Source: Bigelowiella natans CCMP2755 (lineage: Eukaryota > Protista > Cercozoa). From it: DNA of 64,000 nt. This document shows, in pieces, positions 13,565-27,602 of this stretch. Each line of letters starts with the position of its first letter. The stretch's first letter is position 1. The notes beneath the pieces were generated by a model. It saw only the letters and a program-made list of their open reading frames with translations, did no database searches and had not been told where the DNA came from. The position numbers and the translations under genes are program-made. Where the stretch lies: assembly GCA_000320545.1 (NCBI GenBank), contig ADNK01001077.1, positions 8,759 through 72,758 on the forward strand, written 5' to 3'.

Positions 13565-14161
13565 GTTTGTAAATTCTGTAGATAAGGGCTGATGGCCAAC
13601 TCTGAGCTATTCATTCACATACAATATCAGATATTTATTATGAGGCTGTTAGAATGCAATCATTGAACAAGATCAATAGCAGCAGCAGTCTTAATAGAAA
13701 AGTATAGTAAACGAGTAAAAGGAAAAGAGGAGTCCATTAGCGTGTTGTTCTCATCATCATATAGTATTATTAGTTAGTGAAGATTCTCAGTGGGACATTC
13801 ATTCCTACTACTACTACTACTAGTACTACTACTACTACTATAGTAGTACTAAGTGGTACATCTACAGGTGTTGATGCTACTATTTCTCCTCCTACACCTA
13901 ATCCTGTTACTACTACTGCTACTTCTCTTTCTCAAACATCAGAAAGTAGTTGATCGTCCCGACAATACTACTAATGGCTGTTGTTCAATTAAATGAATAT
14001 GTCCTCCTCCTCCTCCTCCTCATATTATGTACTCTCTTATTATCATCTTCTTCTTTTAGTCAGCAACGTCGTTAGTTACTACTTGCTCTCGCTTTATCCG
14101 CACTCGTTTTCTTCCTAAAGCTTCCTTATTTCTCCCTAATACACACAAATACATTAGTACA

Positions 14162-14195
<34 letters not shown>

Positions 14196-15578
14196 ACAGT
14201 TGTTTCAAAGGTGCTGTTAATACTATTTAGTAGTTCTACGCAACCTCTCCCTAATAGTAGTAGTAGAAGAAGAAGTAGTAGTAGTAGTAGTAGTAGTGGT
14301 TGTTGTTGTAATTGTACTGCTGCTGGTGTTTACGTGTGTCTGCAGGTGTATCTGGAGATAAAGAATATTGGATTGGAAGCCTTTGATCGGTCTAAATATG
14401 ATTAAATACTATCAAAGAGAGAACAAGAAAAAATAATAATATATTGTAGTGAAATCATCATCATCATCATTATCATCATTTCTATTCTATCGCTCACCCG
14501 TAGCAAATGACGATTACGATGTTGCTACATAGAGTGCTATATTTATGATAATATAAATTCAAATAATCCAAGCAGCTGCTACCTTTGAAGATCAGTATGC
14601 TGATAATAATAATAATAGTACATGTTGTTCAACTGCTATACGGTGATAAATTTACGATATTATAATATCATCTTTTAATAAATAAAATAAATAATTAAAG
14701 GAGTTTACCTCGAAAATAAAATATGCTGATAGGGCATGTTTTGAAGCCTAGAAGTATTAATATGAAGAGAGAGATATATAATTACAAATAAATAAAATAT
14801 GCTGATAGGACATGTTTTGAAGCCTAGAAGTATTAATATGAAGAGAGAGGTATATCACAAATAAATAACGCTAGTAGAGTACCAGTCAGCAGCAGCAGCA
14901 GTAATAGTAGTAGTAGTAGGCACGGTGGTAGATAAAGACGATAATCCCCCACTTTGACTATATTAGTAATAAACCATTTGATGATGATGGTACAGCGCCA
15001 CCACAACAGACAACTAACCGACGAAGGACTTCTACTACTACTACTACTTGGCCAAGGGAGTGTGTTTCTGCTCTAACTCCAACCTTATTATTTAATTTTT
15101 AAGATTAGTCATAACAACAACAACAACAACAACGACAACGACAACAATAAAACGATGATGATAACAAAGAACTGAATAAACATTCATACAATTATCATAA
15201 TTATATACATACTAATACATTCCCCACCGAAGGAAGCATCTTCCCTCATTTTAACAGCAGCAGCAGCAGCAGCAGCCGTATCAGCACATTGATGCATATG
15301 TCTCTCAACATCATCAATACAAATCAATACCTCAACAGAATCATTGATGCATATGTGTCTCAACATCATCAATACAAATCAATACCTCAACAGCACATTG
15401 ATGCATATATGTCTCAACATCATCAATACAAATCAATACCTCAACAGAATCATGAAAACAATGATTCACTTGTGATTTCACTGAGAACCTGAAATAAAAT
15501 TGTTATTTAGTTACTAGTAACGTGTAGGTTGACATCATTCGCTCACAACTGGAGAAAGAAGGAAAAGAATCTGCAGAT

Positions 15579-15627
<49 letters not shown>

Positions 15628-16542
15628 GAAACCCGTTCTTTACTGAACTAGAAACATAATAATCGATAATTTATCTATTCGCATAGCCATCGTCACCCCA
15701 TCGTTATTTTGCAACAAGTGCTGACCTGTCTGCTAGCATCACAGGATTTATGAAAGAAATTTGATCGATAAACCGAAGAATCTGATCAAACAATAACAAC
15801 AAACAACAACAACAACAACAACACATGTACTTGTGCACTTATTCAACAACAAGAATTCTGCTTGCTGATCATCCTAAAATATGTCAATAGTTGCAAAACA
15901 ACCCCCTTGATGTATGGTATAGGTTACTGATCGTATCAGTAACAGCATATAATGGTTATTATTACCATTTTCTGACGAGTGAATCGGTGGGCACTCACAC
16001 TCCTTTAAAGAAAGAAAGTAGTGTCAATTAATATCATCATTATCAAAATACCATCACCCGCAACAACCAATAAAAAAGTTTAAAAGTGTGTTTGTTTTGT
16101 GTGTATGACATGGCTGATGATGATACATCTTACTAAATGCACTACGCAATCCTTATCATGATCATCTACTATGCCATAAATACAATGTATGGTGATTGTA
16201 CTTGATGATCAATATCTACTTCTCATACCCGCATGCAATCATCCATGCCATTGCCTGGCCCCCGAAACAGTTCCCCATATGATTTGTGTGCTGAGTAGAG
16301 GTTGTTTGCTTTGTTGTTGATGTCACACTAGCAGAGTTGTGTTTTATGCATCATCATCGTTATTTTGTTCTTGATCATCATTATACCACCTGTGGCAGCA
16401 CGATTTCCGTGCTTTGTGTGTAGCTTTGTAAAGGTGTCTTCTTTCTCCTTGCTGTGTGTGTATATTTGTGTTTGTGTGTGTGTGTGTGTGTGTGTTGGTG
16501 TTGTTGGGTCATCATCAATATGTAATTACAATAACTCACGCG

Positions 16543-16574
<32 letters not shown>

Positions 16575-17519
16575 TTACCATTACTTCTACACAAAGTGGA
16601 AGAGTAGTGGTGGTGAGGAGAATAAGGTGGAAGTTGGTGTTGATGTTGCGCAGATTAGGAGGAGGAGGGTCATTCAATTATAATATTTGGCTCCTACTAT
16701 TAATTTGATGATACAGCATCGTGCAGATAATAATATTAGAGAGTAGTAAGTAAGTAGCAACATGATCCTGTTGAAGGTCCTTTTGATATAAACGTCAATG
16801 AAGATGCACGGCGTCTAGCATATATATATACATAGCAGCAAATATTTCAAACAAAACAGATATTTTGCGACAACATTAACCCTCTTTCTTTCTCCTCCTC
16901 CTCTTCCTCAGATACTAATAAAGATGCTGTTGCTGCTAAGATCACGGCTACAAGTGGTAGTAGTCATTCACACAAGCAGCGGCAGCAGTGGTAGTAGAGG
17001 TGGTAGTAGACGTTATTACCATAGCCGGTTGTGTGACCATTATGCAAAATATGATGATTATAATAGCTATTATTACTAACTACTGGCACCTCTCATCTCC
17101 TCCTCCTCTTCCTGCTGATATAGGCAAGTTTTGTGGTGCATTCGACGTTGCAGTGGTAGCAGTCTCTTTACCATCGTCTTCAGGAGGAGGAGGAGGAGGA
17201 GGAGGGGGTGGATGATTTGGGGCTTTTGCCGTAGGAGATGGAGGCGGCATCATTACCAGAAGCGAGTTGTTAATAGGGTTGTCTCTCCTACTGCTTGTAA
17301 CACCCGGTGCTGCATCATCATTACCATCATCCTCATCCTCCTATTGGTGGTATTTTACGAATAAATATGTAGTAGTAGTAGTAGTAGTAGTAGTAGAGTA
17401 CTACTACTACTACTACTACCGAGTACCCCCTTAAGAACTACTAACAATTCATATAAGTACTGATTATTATTAACATGCACTAACTACTTCTACGATGCTA
17501 CTACTGCTACTGTTGGCAT

Positions 17520-17551
<32 letters not shown>

Positions 17552-18539
17552 TCTTGTATCTTTTTTACTACCTGAACCACGACGACCCCCATTCCGATGC
17601 TTCTCTTTCCTCCTCCTCCTCTCTGTTTCTTCTGGTCAGTATGGTCCTTTCCATCCAACTCTGCTACCATTCCTATTCTTTCTTTTTCATCCTTCTTTTC
17701 AACCTCAACTAATGGCGGTGGTGGCTCTATATCCGAGGTTGAACGTATGCGAGTTAGGAGGGATTTGAAGGTGTCTTCGATCAACTGATGATGATGATGA
17801 TGATTATTATTATTATTATTGCTATTATGAAAACATGTAGGAGGAGATATTAAAGTAGTCGAAGTAAGAGTAATAATAGCAGCTGTAGTAGTAGGTTTGG
17901 ATCAACAATTGATGATGCCGATGAGAGATGAATGATAATAAAACAGAGATTATTTTATACTTTATACTTTTGGGAGTATCAGATAACTACTCAACTATCC
18001 CCTGATAGCAATATTGTCATGAAACGGAAACCAACATCATTATTCGTCATCATTATCATCCTCATCATCATCATCCCTACCTTTCTCCTTTCTAATCGTA
18101 GTTGCCTTCGCTCTAAAGCTTGAGCGTATCGTCTCATATTTTCCTGAATAATCACACATCAAACGACAAATTAGTCGACGATAGAAGGAAAGAAATATCC
18201 CAGCAGACAAACAAATAAACAAGAAACGATTATGAAATAATATCCTCATAAATGCGCAGCAGAGAGTACATTACTGTGCTACTTACAAAGGGGTTTAAAG
18301 CTGAAATTGTTGAAATTTTTAGTGCTTGGACGGCTGATGGTTTGCCGTTGCAATATTACTAAATACCACTGGTAAGAATTTATCAACACATATATGTGTA
18401 TATATTGGTATTATTTACGTATGCTTATGGACACCACATTAGATTCTATTAATTGCATTAAAGAACAAGCTTACTTTCATATTCTTTGTTTTCATATGTT
18501 CGATCAAATGGAATGACAACTACTATTAATGGCAGTTCT

Positions 18540-18575
<36 letters not shown>

Positions 18576-18769
18576 ATACCTGATCATTTCCTGGTGACAG
18601 CTTAGGAAGCACTCTTTTCTTTTTGTCGGGTCCTTCAAAAGATGGTGGTGGTAAACAATACCATACACTATTACTTACTTTGAGGAGCGATTGATAGTAT
18701 CTACAAGCAACACCTACTTTTCACGCTACTACATCTCCTACTACTACTACAACTAATACCAACAAAATA

Positions 18770-18805
<36 letters not shown>

Positions 18806-19173
18806 GTGTAACATACAAATTTTACCTAAACTCACAAACGTGAAAAATGCCCTGCAAACAACCTATTCATCACGACACAGAGTTGAACAAATAGACGTGA
18901 GTGTATTCATCACGACCATATAGTTAAACAAATAGACGTGAGTGTATTATTTTCTCCCTCTGCTTTCATCACTATTTCTTTCGAATCTTTCCCCCACCAT
19001 CATGTGTTTTTATAGAATACGTCTCTTCTGTCTTATATCCTACTACTCATAACAACAACATCAACCGACACAAGACAGAAGAGAAACTAGCTACACGTAG
19101 GAGGGAGACCATAAAACAATCACCACCCTTTTTTTGCCTGTCAATAGCGTCTCAGCGAAAACCTTTTCATAAT

Positions 19174-19224
<51 letters not shown>

Positions 19225-20890
19225 AGGAAGGGGGGGGGGGGATATAATATACGGTAGCAGCAGACAAAATGAGAAGAATGATATCCATTCATTTGCAGTT
19301 TCTCTTCAATATCCTGCATATACTACTAGCTGCTTTGTTGCAGATAATATCAGTCTTTTTTGGTTTACGGATGAAAACATTAAGCTGTTCCCATCTAACT
19401 CTGATAAAAACACTTACTTTACAGCCAACTTCCATAGAGGTTCGAAACGCACGATTCACTGTGATCATAACAAATCAATTTTCCACTTAAATACATGAAT
19501 ATATGGTGAAATGAATAAATCTGAATAGATGGCATAGAAAATCCATTCCCTAATAAGTTAGCAACCTTGAGTATAAACAATTACAGCATCTCCATACTCA
19601 GGGTCATAATCCATATGTACATCGTCCACTGTAATAAACAATATATCGTTATATCGTTAATGCTGCACATTAACTACTAATAGTAAGGTTGAACAAACCA
19701 CATCTTTTTTTAAAGGAGGAAACTCAAAAAATTTGAGAATAAAACAAAAGCAATAGCATTTATTCTGTCTACATACTTGCAGCTGTTACTGATGACATCC
19801 CAGAAAACTGAGTAGTAAGACATAGGAGGAGGAGGAGGAGGAGGAGGAGGAGGAGGAGGAAAATATATAGAAGATAGAAGCTGTTTTGTGATTATTTGTT
19901 TTTAAGCAGCCCCCCCCCTATTTGTAATAATTGAGACTAGAAAGCACCTTTTCTGCAGACATACACGCTGTGATATCCATCCACTCAAGAAGCTAATTAT
20001 TCATGGATGGATGGATGGATGGATGGATAATTATTATGCAGAGTTAAATGAGTAGGCAGTAGTGCATCATAATTGATAACATCCCTGCTCCTAGCGAAAC
20101 AAAGAGTAAATCTTTCATAGTGGATGGATCGCTCAATATCAGAAGAAGAGGTGTTCAAAAAGATGTTACGTGGGAAGTGTAAGGTGTAGAGTTTAACAAA
20201 ATCACAAAAAGCTTTCAGAGAGAATTTTTGAGACTCCTCCCCTGATAATTAAAAACGACGACATGCTATAGGTGATAACGTATAAGCAACCTTCCCGTTT
20301 GGTAGCCCTTCTTTTCCAACGATCTTCAAAATTATTTTGCATGCAATGTCAAATACAAAACTTCTTCTACACACACATTGCGCATATTTATTTTAAGCAA
20401 GTGTTAGTAGTTACCTTTGTCATTTCAGTCGTTGTATCCTCAATCATAAGTATATCTAAAGATGATCGTTTATCGGATGATCATGTTCAATTCTTAAATC
20501 TCCCTTTCTCTATTGAATTCTAATGAACTCGGTGCTTTATAAGGGGTGTTGACTGACCATGGTCATTTGGAGGAGATGTGAGTGATGAGGACGAATTCGA
20601 TTTTAATGTCGAGTCTGAGTCTACTGTGACAAAGGATTGCTTATCAGAACTTGAATCGTAGTGATAAAGCAATTAGAATGAACCCGACGATGTACTAATT
20701 TGCCCCAGAACAGTGCTGGGACGCTGTTGCATTTTGATCCGAGGGTGTGTTGTCCTTAAGAAGGAAGGAAGGAAGGAAGGAAGGGTAACTATCCCTGAGG
20801 AGGGAAGGAAGGAAGGGCAAAAAGGAAATAACCTTTTTGGTACGAGTACGATCTGTAAGAGGGAGGAGATATGAGCATTCCCAGGTAGAT
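7043..20890 (-). CDS. ACOT11: Acyl-CoA thioesterase, ACOT11/ACOT12-like (two hotdog domains plus START) with an inserted PDZ domain; over 30 small exons, 5' end uncertain
   Basis: Spliced exons give hotdog 1 (LLEWMDITACMSAEKFSGMSSVTAAMDDV...QVNRAFRTSMEVGCKVFAE, about 19120-19990) and hotdog 2 ([25 protein letters not shown]...QVNHCFHDSVEVGVRAE, about 15050-16450). START motifs are VFEVLHDF..RRKWD, NDFCLLRSWR, LISFRSVKHPKLP, RANVLSSGYVI and CELTYIVQ. PDZ reads GSLGITF...GQAKRLGVKKGWLLTHV. Stop at 7043-7045. Confidence 0.85.
11558..11682. repeat. Perfect 62-bp tandem duplication in an intron
   Basis: ttgtacagtttatgaaatcagattatcctactacaagatacacactactactcgcacacgat occurs twice in tandem. Confidence 0.9.
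11705..11862. repeat. Duplication of an exon 3' end and its splice donor
   Basis: ccttgccgccttggtataccatatcccatttcc occurs twice (minus strand KWDMVYQGGK). One copy has a GT donor and the other GC. Confidence 0.8.
14714..14849. repeat. Tandem duplication of a splice acceptor and most of an exon
   Basis: aaataaaatatgctgatagg(g/a)catgttttgaagcctagaagtattaatatgaagagagag occurs twice. Minus strand ASKH(A/V)LSAYFI. Confidence 0.85.
15283..15453. repeat. Three copies of an approximately 55-bp unit containing a splice donor
   Basis: cattgatgcat..gtctcaacatcatcaatacaaatcaatacctcaacag occurs three times. The last copy holds the donor after ...DSVE. Confidence 0.85.
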
Positions 20891-21485
20891 CTAGATCTAA
20901 TATTATTTATTATATTTATGATGATGTTTGTCATGATTAGTGCCCTATTTATCATCTGCGACATCAATCTTTTCGAGACGTTCCTACTAAATTAACACGA
21001 TCAATTGTATGAATTAGAATCGAAATCAACGAATACCTCACATATTTTTAAGACTAGAAAACAAACTCTTGTTAGTCCACAGTCTGTACTGTAGTAAGAT
21101 GTTTCCGGCAGTGAATAATTTCCTAATATTGACATATCATTATGTTGCTGCTATAAGATGTGATTAATATCGAGTGCATGATAGTGATGATGATTATAAA
21201 GATGTTTTCTGTGATGAATATTGGCACAGTAGTATGTTCCTGCCAGTCATCATCATGAGTAGTGTTAATTACGTTGTGATAATTATGTGAAAACCATAGG
21301 ATGTTTTCTGCGATAAATATTGACACAGTAGTGATTACTTTGAATGATTATTGTGTAAAAACAATATTGACCAGCCGTTAGTTCCTTGCTTAACGTAACA
21401 TTTCAAACGCAAAGGGCCACAGTTCCCCTCCCCATCCTTCACTCCGCCCAATTCAGCATCTCACACTGTCAAGGATCGGGTGTGC

Positions 21486-22217
21486 ATGTATAGGAGCACG
21501 GTGTCTGTTGGCCATGGTGGTGGTCGAAGGCGCACAGGCTCCGCTGCAAGGAAGAAAAAGCGAAGTTGCGAGGAGGCCCCTTCTTCTAAAGTCACCGTTC
21601 CCTCTCCTGCGCAAGAAAAATGTTTAACAGTAGAGCCGTCACCACAACCCGTGAAGATGTTTCCAGATCTTAAAATAACAAGAAAGAAACACCCACAAAT
21701 ATCACTTGACAAAAAAGCGAAGGCGAAGAAAAAGCCTTTCAAACCGAAACTTCCGAAGAAGAAATTTATAAGACCTTCCCTATCGGCACAACTGGGATCA
21801 ATAATGAGTAAGACAGATGATCTCACAAATACTATACGAAAATTGGGGGGGCTAGAATTAAAGGAACAAGCTCTGTTGAACATCTCATCTCGTAACTTTG
21901 TCGTGGGGAAACTCACTTCGAAATTCCCGTCTATGGTCCATTTCTACATTGACCGATGTACATACGAGTTTTTCCATCCCTTTGAGAAGAAACAAGTTAG
22001 TATGATAATGTTTTATCGGCACATGGTAGAGGTTCAGTTGAGTAGCTCACGTCGAGAATTTAAGTTTAGGATACCACACAAGCTGATACAGTTTCCAGAT
22101 GACTACAATCCATCGTCGCAAAAGCTGTCCATTTTCTTCAATTCCTCTTTAGACGTAGAAAAGGTTAGGAAGATAATTCTTCCTAAGATTGTTATGAATA
22201 ATGGTAGTCTCATATAG
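21486..22217 (+). CDS. Intronless hypothetical protein (basic N-terminus, globular beta-rich C-terminus)
   Basis: 243-codon open frame with normal protein composition, ATG at 21486 and TAG ending at 22217. Family not recognised. Confidence 0.7.
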   Translation: MYRSTVSVGHGGGRRRTGSAARKKKRSCEEAPSSKVTVPSPAQEKCLTVEPSPQPVKMFPDLKITRKKHPQISLDKKAKAKKKPFKPKLPKKKFIRPSLSAQLGSIMSKTDDLTNTIRKLGGLELKEQALLNISSRNFVVGKLTSKFPSMVHFYIDRCTYEFFHPFEKKQVSMIMFYRHMVEVQLSSSRREFKFRIPHKLIQFPDDYNPSSQKLSIFFNSSLDVEKVRKIILPKIVMNNGSLI

Positions 22218-22279
22218 CACTGAACTGAATAAAGAGCCTGATCGAGCAAAAATTCGAGGTTACAATGTTCACTTTTTAA

Positions 22280-23470
22280 GGCATCTGTCGATCACATTGA
22301 TCCCCATCCTCCAACTGTCGCGCGCATTCAATCCAAATTTCATGACAATGTGATCTGCCCTCGCTGCGTTTGCTGGCCGGTGGGGCTAGGGGGTCATACA
22401 GATTCACTGTTTTGTGGATTGAGCGAAGCTGCGATGCATCCCAGCAGTAGCATTTTGACAAATGATCAATGCCACATGGATCTGGAGACATAGACACAGT
22501 GTGCACAGACATGGCTAGACAGCACATGTCAATCAACACACACGTCTAGACGTGTCTCTTTGTGTGCACTACATGTCTAGATGTGCAGTGCATGTCAACA
22601 TGTGCACGTCTGTGCGTGTGTGGCACTTTTTGGAGATCTGCTAGCTAGAGATGCGCCCACCGGTCCGAGTGTCCAAATCCAAACGACGCCACGAGTGCGT
22701 GCTAGCGTGGAGTGCATCGACGCATCGACACATCAGACATCGCATCGCACGGACGCACGCGAGGTCCGTTCCAGCGTTGTCACGAACTCCAGAACTGCTC
22801 TGCACGTCTGTAGCAGCGCTAGCTAGCTAGCAGTTTGCAATCTAGCGATGTGACATGCACATGCCAACAATGAGTGTGCATGCATGACTCCACGATCGAT
22901 GCGATGTACGAGCGACAGCTAGCTAGACCACCCACATCGACCATTGCAATCAAGTGAGATGCAGAGAACAAGTGTTGTGCCAGGTGGCATCAATGCCAAA
23001 CGAGTGCTTCAGCATTGCAAGCAATGCTGTCTCGCTAGTTTGAAGTTTTTCAATTGTGAAACAGTGTTGCACAGTGTTGGGCAGTGTCACGCGCGATGCT
23101 GCTCTCATCTGGTGCTTGCTGTTGAGCAGCATTGCCAGGTTGAGTCAACTGCTCAACACCACGCAGCACTGCCTGGTGGCGATTTGAGCTCACAAACACT
23201 GACTCTCGTCACCATTGTTTTTTCCAACTCCCCCTTCTCCATCAATCATCATCATCACCATCATCACCAATGTTGCAATCTCACGTTTCTTGAAACGGAC
23301 ACTTTGGGTTCCGAAGTTTTGAAGTGTTGTGATTCAATGATGCAGCATCACCTTGCAGGCAACGCTGTTCACCTTGTAGTTTTTCAATTGTGAAACAGCA
23401 CCAAAGCACGGCATTTAGCAGTGCTGCGCGCTGAGCAGCATTGCCAGACTAGATCAATGCTGCAGTGTTG
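22280..23470. other. TpA-depleted, CTAG-retaining intergenic island
   Basis: No TA in 23041-23340. Most remaining TA are CTAG, including (CTAG)3. Diverged direct repeat at 23045-23152 versus 23379-23462. Confidence 0.85.
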
Positions 23471-23798
23471 GCGATCCAAGGCGATGAAAACGAAGTGTTT
23501 CGAAGGTGAATGAGTTGTGGCGATTCTTTTGTGTCATCGGGAAGTCTAGTTGATTTTTCCACTGCGACATGGTTATGGCACCCAAAAACATCAGAAACTG
23601 GAGGACGTGCAGCCCCTTCGAATGGAGAAGACATGGATGAAGAAGCATTCTTTCGTCTACTGCCCCGTTCATCAAAGCAGTCTCGCCAAATCACAGACAA
23701 AACGACTTCCAAGCAATGAACGAAATTACTAAATGAGAAGAGCTAAAATTGGTACCTGTTTTGCATTGAATCACAGTTTGAGGATGTGAATCACACAG

Positions 23799-25802
23799 GC
23801 TGGCGCAGCAAAAACAACGGGAATCCATTTCAAGCCTGGATGCAAGCACGTTGCCGACAAAAGAAGCTTTATTAGAACTATTTCCTGGAGGGTCACCCGC
23901 CAGCACACCCGATGTTAGTCTAAGAACAAATATTGAGGGAAAAATCACATTCCTTTCAAATTGTCAATCATTAGGAGCCTAGCACATTTGACATTAAACG
24001 CAGCCGGCGCACACAGAGGACGAGCTCGATAAACAGCGACTGTTCCAACCAAGTGAATTTTCATTCGCCACCAAAACTTACAAATGGATCACCTCTAAGC
24101 TGTTGCTCGAGGCAAGAAGCGCGGACCAAGTCTCTAAGATCCCGATCTACAGACAAAACTCAGCATGAACTTCTGAAAAACCAAGACAAAGTGATTCAAA
24201 AATTCAAAATACATGTTGATGTTGTGACATCTTTCATCATGTTTCTAAAACTGTGATTCATGATCGGAAAAACCGCTTACATGCTGTATTTGACTAGATT
24301 GACGCAGAAGCAGTTTCACATAGTCTCGAGGAAACGACAGCTGAGATCAAACTGGCCCACCAATCTCTACTCAACAGCATAAAAGAATGCCGCTATGCTG
24401 ATGATCGCCTCCGCGGTTTGATCAAGTGTAGGTGATTAAAACAAATGCGGTTTTTAAAGTTTCATTCTTGTAACAACAATGCATCTCAGATTTTCAGAGA
24501 TTCGAGAACGCCTTCTGGAGGAAGAAAAGGCAATATTACAGACAATCAAGGATCAAGAAGTTGCTAGTCTACAATCCATCAAGCTTGCAGTTGACTCCCA
24601 CAGTAAAGATATTCTCACTATCGAGGCTATGGCGTCTGCAATTAGGAGCTCATTCTCATTGAAAACGACGCAGAAGTCCACAGATTCCACAGATGTTTAT
24701 CATGCTGCGGCAAAAATACGAAGTCGAATTATTCATGAATTCGAGCCTCCAGGAATAACAAAGTGCAAATTTAAACATGACGTGTATGATATGAAGGAAG
24801 TTCTTTTGGGGCAAAGTGTGAAAGTCTGGACCAATGGAAAATTCTCGCCATCTCGAGTAGGTTCCACTGCATTTGTGAAACCGAATTCCTTAATTCACAC
24901 ATGGCACTGGACAGTGAAGCAGAGTAGCTGTAGCTACACGATTTCAAAAGATAGGAAAACAATAGAGTGTTTCGGACACGAAAGTTTAGGAGGATGCGAA
25001 GCAATCGGTAACGTAAAATGGAGAGTGGGAATACACAGGTATACATTGTTATCCAACGAATTTGTTGTTATATTTCTTATAAATTTCGATAGACTCTTCC
25101 TTTGTATCTTTGCATTGCCAACATCATTCATCCATTTTTCTAACAAGACAGATGGAGTTTGAAACTCACAACGAGTCGTCTTACGGAAGGGGGGGCGTTC
25201 GGAATTGCATGCATGTTGGCATTTATCTAAAATGATGGGAATGTATCAATTTTTAATTTCATATTTTATTTATTAGTGGGGTGTCGACGCATTGTAATTC
25301 AATTTCAAGAAATTCAACTACTACTCCATCCATCCAATCAATCCCATCGAGGAGTCTAACTGGGGTTTCGAACTCTGGTACAAATTAAGCCAAAAATGAA
25401 AGCTCAGCTTTTTACATCATTCAGCACTTGAGCACGAACATTTCTTCAACCAGATCCTCCTTAATTTCGACAGGTTGTGCAGCTGATGATATTGAAGAAA
25501 ATTATGGATTCAATGAGCAAGAAACCTTTGGAATATCTCTTGATGGGGATGTACTTTACAAGCCCATGGAGGCTATGGAGTATCTTGACGAGCCTGTTGT
25601 TGTGCAAGGAAAGAAAGCCACAGTTTTTCTGGAGCTTGACTGCGACAAAAAAACTCTTCAAGTGAGGGTAGAATCCCAAACATCAAGTTCTATGAAGATT
25701 CAAAATCACGGCTGGAACCTGCCTGAAAATGCAATTTTTCAACCATGGATCTTCATTGGTACAGCAAACTGTGCCGCATCAATACTTTCATGCGCACAAT
25801 GA
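23799..25802 (+). CDS. Coiled-coil plus SPRY/B30.2 domain protein; start unresolved
   Basis: In-frame exons give a coiled coil (RFSEIRERLLEEEKAIL), then WHW...ISKDRKTIE...AIGNVKWRVGIHRWSLKL...GAFGIA and VFLELDCDKKTLQV...FQPWIFI, typical of SPRY. Confidence 0.7.
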
Positions 25803-26200
25803 CAAGTTGAACAGTGGCATATTTAGTCAACTTCGGGAAGGTCACTCTTTGCCAAGCGCAAATTTGTTGAGTGCAATGCTATCCGCGCATGTCATACTGT
25901 CACTAAACGTTCATCCAACATTAAATTGACAAACGCAAAGAAATTATCAGCTCTAAGCAATGGCGGTCAGTAGCTAGAAAACGCTGAATCATGCCCACCG
26001 TCGAGCGATATGTCATGAACACAATGTTTTAGAGCACTTTTTTTTTACAGATGTTGTAGCACCTAAAATTTTAAGTCACATCTATTTCATAGCAATACGT
26101 AGCACAACGATGTCTGCAGGCAGGTGCCACGGGCAGACTTTGTGTAGTTACATGTCTAGATGTAGCATGGCATTCTGCACTAAGCATGCCGACATGAATT

Positions 26201-27568
26201 CTAAATATCCTCCTCTTCTTGTTCCACTATTTGGCCATCATCTAGATTATGATCACTATCTTCCACGTCCAACTCAGAACTTTCTTTCATGTACCAATAT
26301 TGACCTGTAAATTTAAAAACATAAAACATACCTATTCGAAATGTAAAACTAGTAGTTTGCCTAACGTACCCCATGCTGGATCTGTTTCGATTTTACTCCA
26401 TGTTGGACCTTCCCTCGAAATATTTTCTTCTGTTTTCGTGTCGTCATCAGTTGCCCTTTCTTTTTTCAATTTGAAGATTGCGAAATAAAGGCCGTTTAGA
26501 TTCTGGATTTGTAATGAACATCGCTATAATAAGACGAAAAAATGATATCTTGGAAGAGGTAGTCAAACGATGCAGATATCAGCGCAGATACCGTTAGCAA
26601 TCTTTTATCGGTGGGCAGATAGAACATAAAACCAGCACAATTTTCATGTGCATTTGCTTTGCTCCTGCACTCGCAAAGAAAATGGGCAAAGTTTTCTTCA
26701 GCCTTCATGACATATCTTGTCTTTCCCGATTCCTTATCATGTAACAAGTGCAGTAGCAATCTCTCATACGATATTAAACAATTTGCCTATTATCAGTCTT
26801 AAACCCCTATCTTCGCTTCGTGGTGCGTATCGACGACCTTGCATGCAATCAATACCCACCTGCTGCTCAACTTCAAATGTAGTCCAATTCAATGATGGCG
26901 CATTGATATTTGTAAACTGATGTTTTTTATACCTATTCAATTGCGACAAATAAATTTGGAAAAGAGAAAGTGGTGTAAGAAACTAGTAGTGAAAACAATC
27001 CGTCAGTACAAGCTCGCTATATAAAAAGAATATGATCCTGAAAGAAATAATTACTTATTATTATATTCGGTTCCATACCCTGAAATATTAGGAGGCAGGA
27101 AAGGATTTCGTAATTGCCTTTGATACGCCTTGAGTGCTTCATCTTTTCTAATGAACATAAATATATGACAAGAAAAACAATGGATTGGTTTACGGGGCAG
27201 TGATTACCATGATAAATATTGTAATACCAATAATATAATCCATAAAAAAATATGAGTAATGCATTAATGTATTTAATTGCTTCTGTACAATAACAATTTA
27301 TGCCTTCATTGTAGTATTATTACGCATGATATTTTACGTGTAATCATATCCCCGGCCAGCTAGGTCCGTCACATGGAAATAGTACTCCTAAATCAATAAT
27401 ATTTTGACGATGACAAAGCTCAGTATAATGATCATGTCGCCTTGTTCACACTGCTCATACTTCTTCTTGTAAAATAGTTTCATTAATGAGAATATTTTGA
27501 TTTCATTGAAATCTGCTCCCCATTCAAACTACTGTTACAACAACAACTACAACTATACTACTACTAAA

Positions 27569-27602
<34 letters not shown>

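Noticed and set aside
7134-13572. Plus-strand ORFs with YIYI, THTH or poly-S/T runs
   Set aside because: Translations of intronic microsatellites antisense to the ACOT gene.
15283-15453. Regularly spaced repeats resembling CRISPR
   Set aside because: Contiguous tandem units with no unique spacers, no cas genes, and located in a eukaryotic intron.
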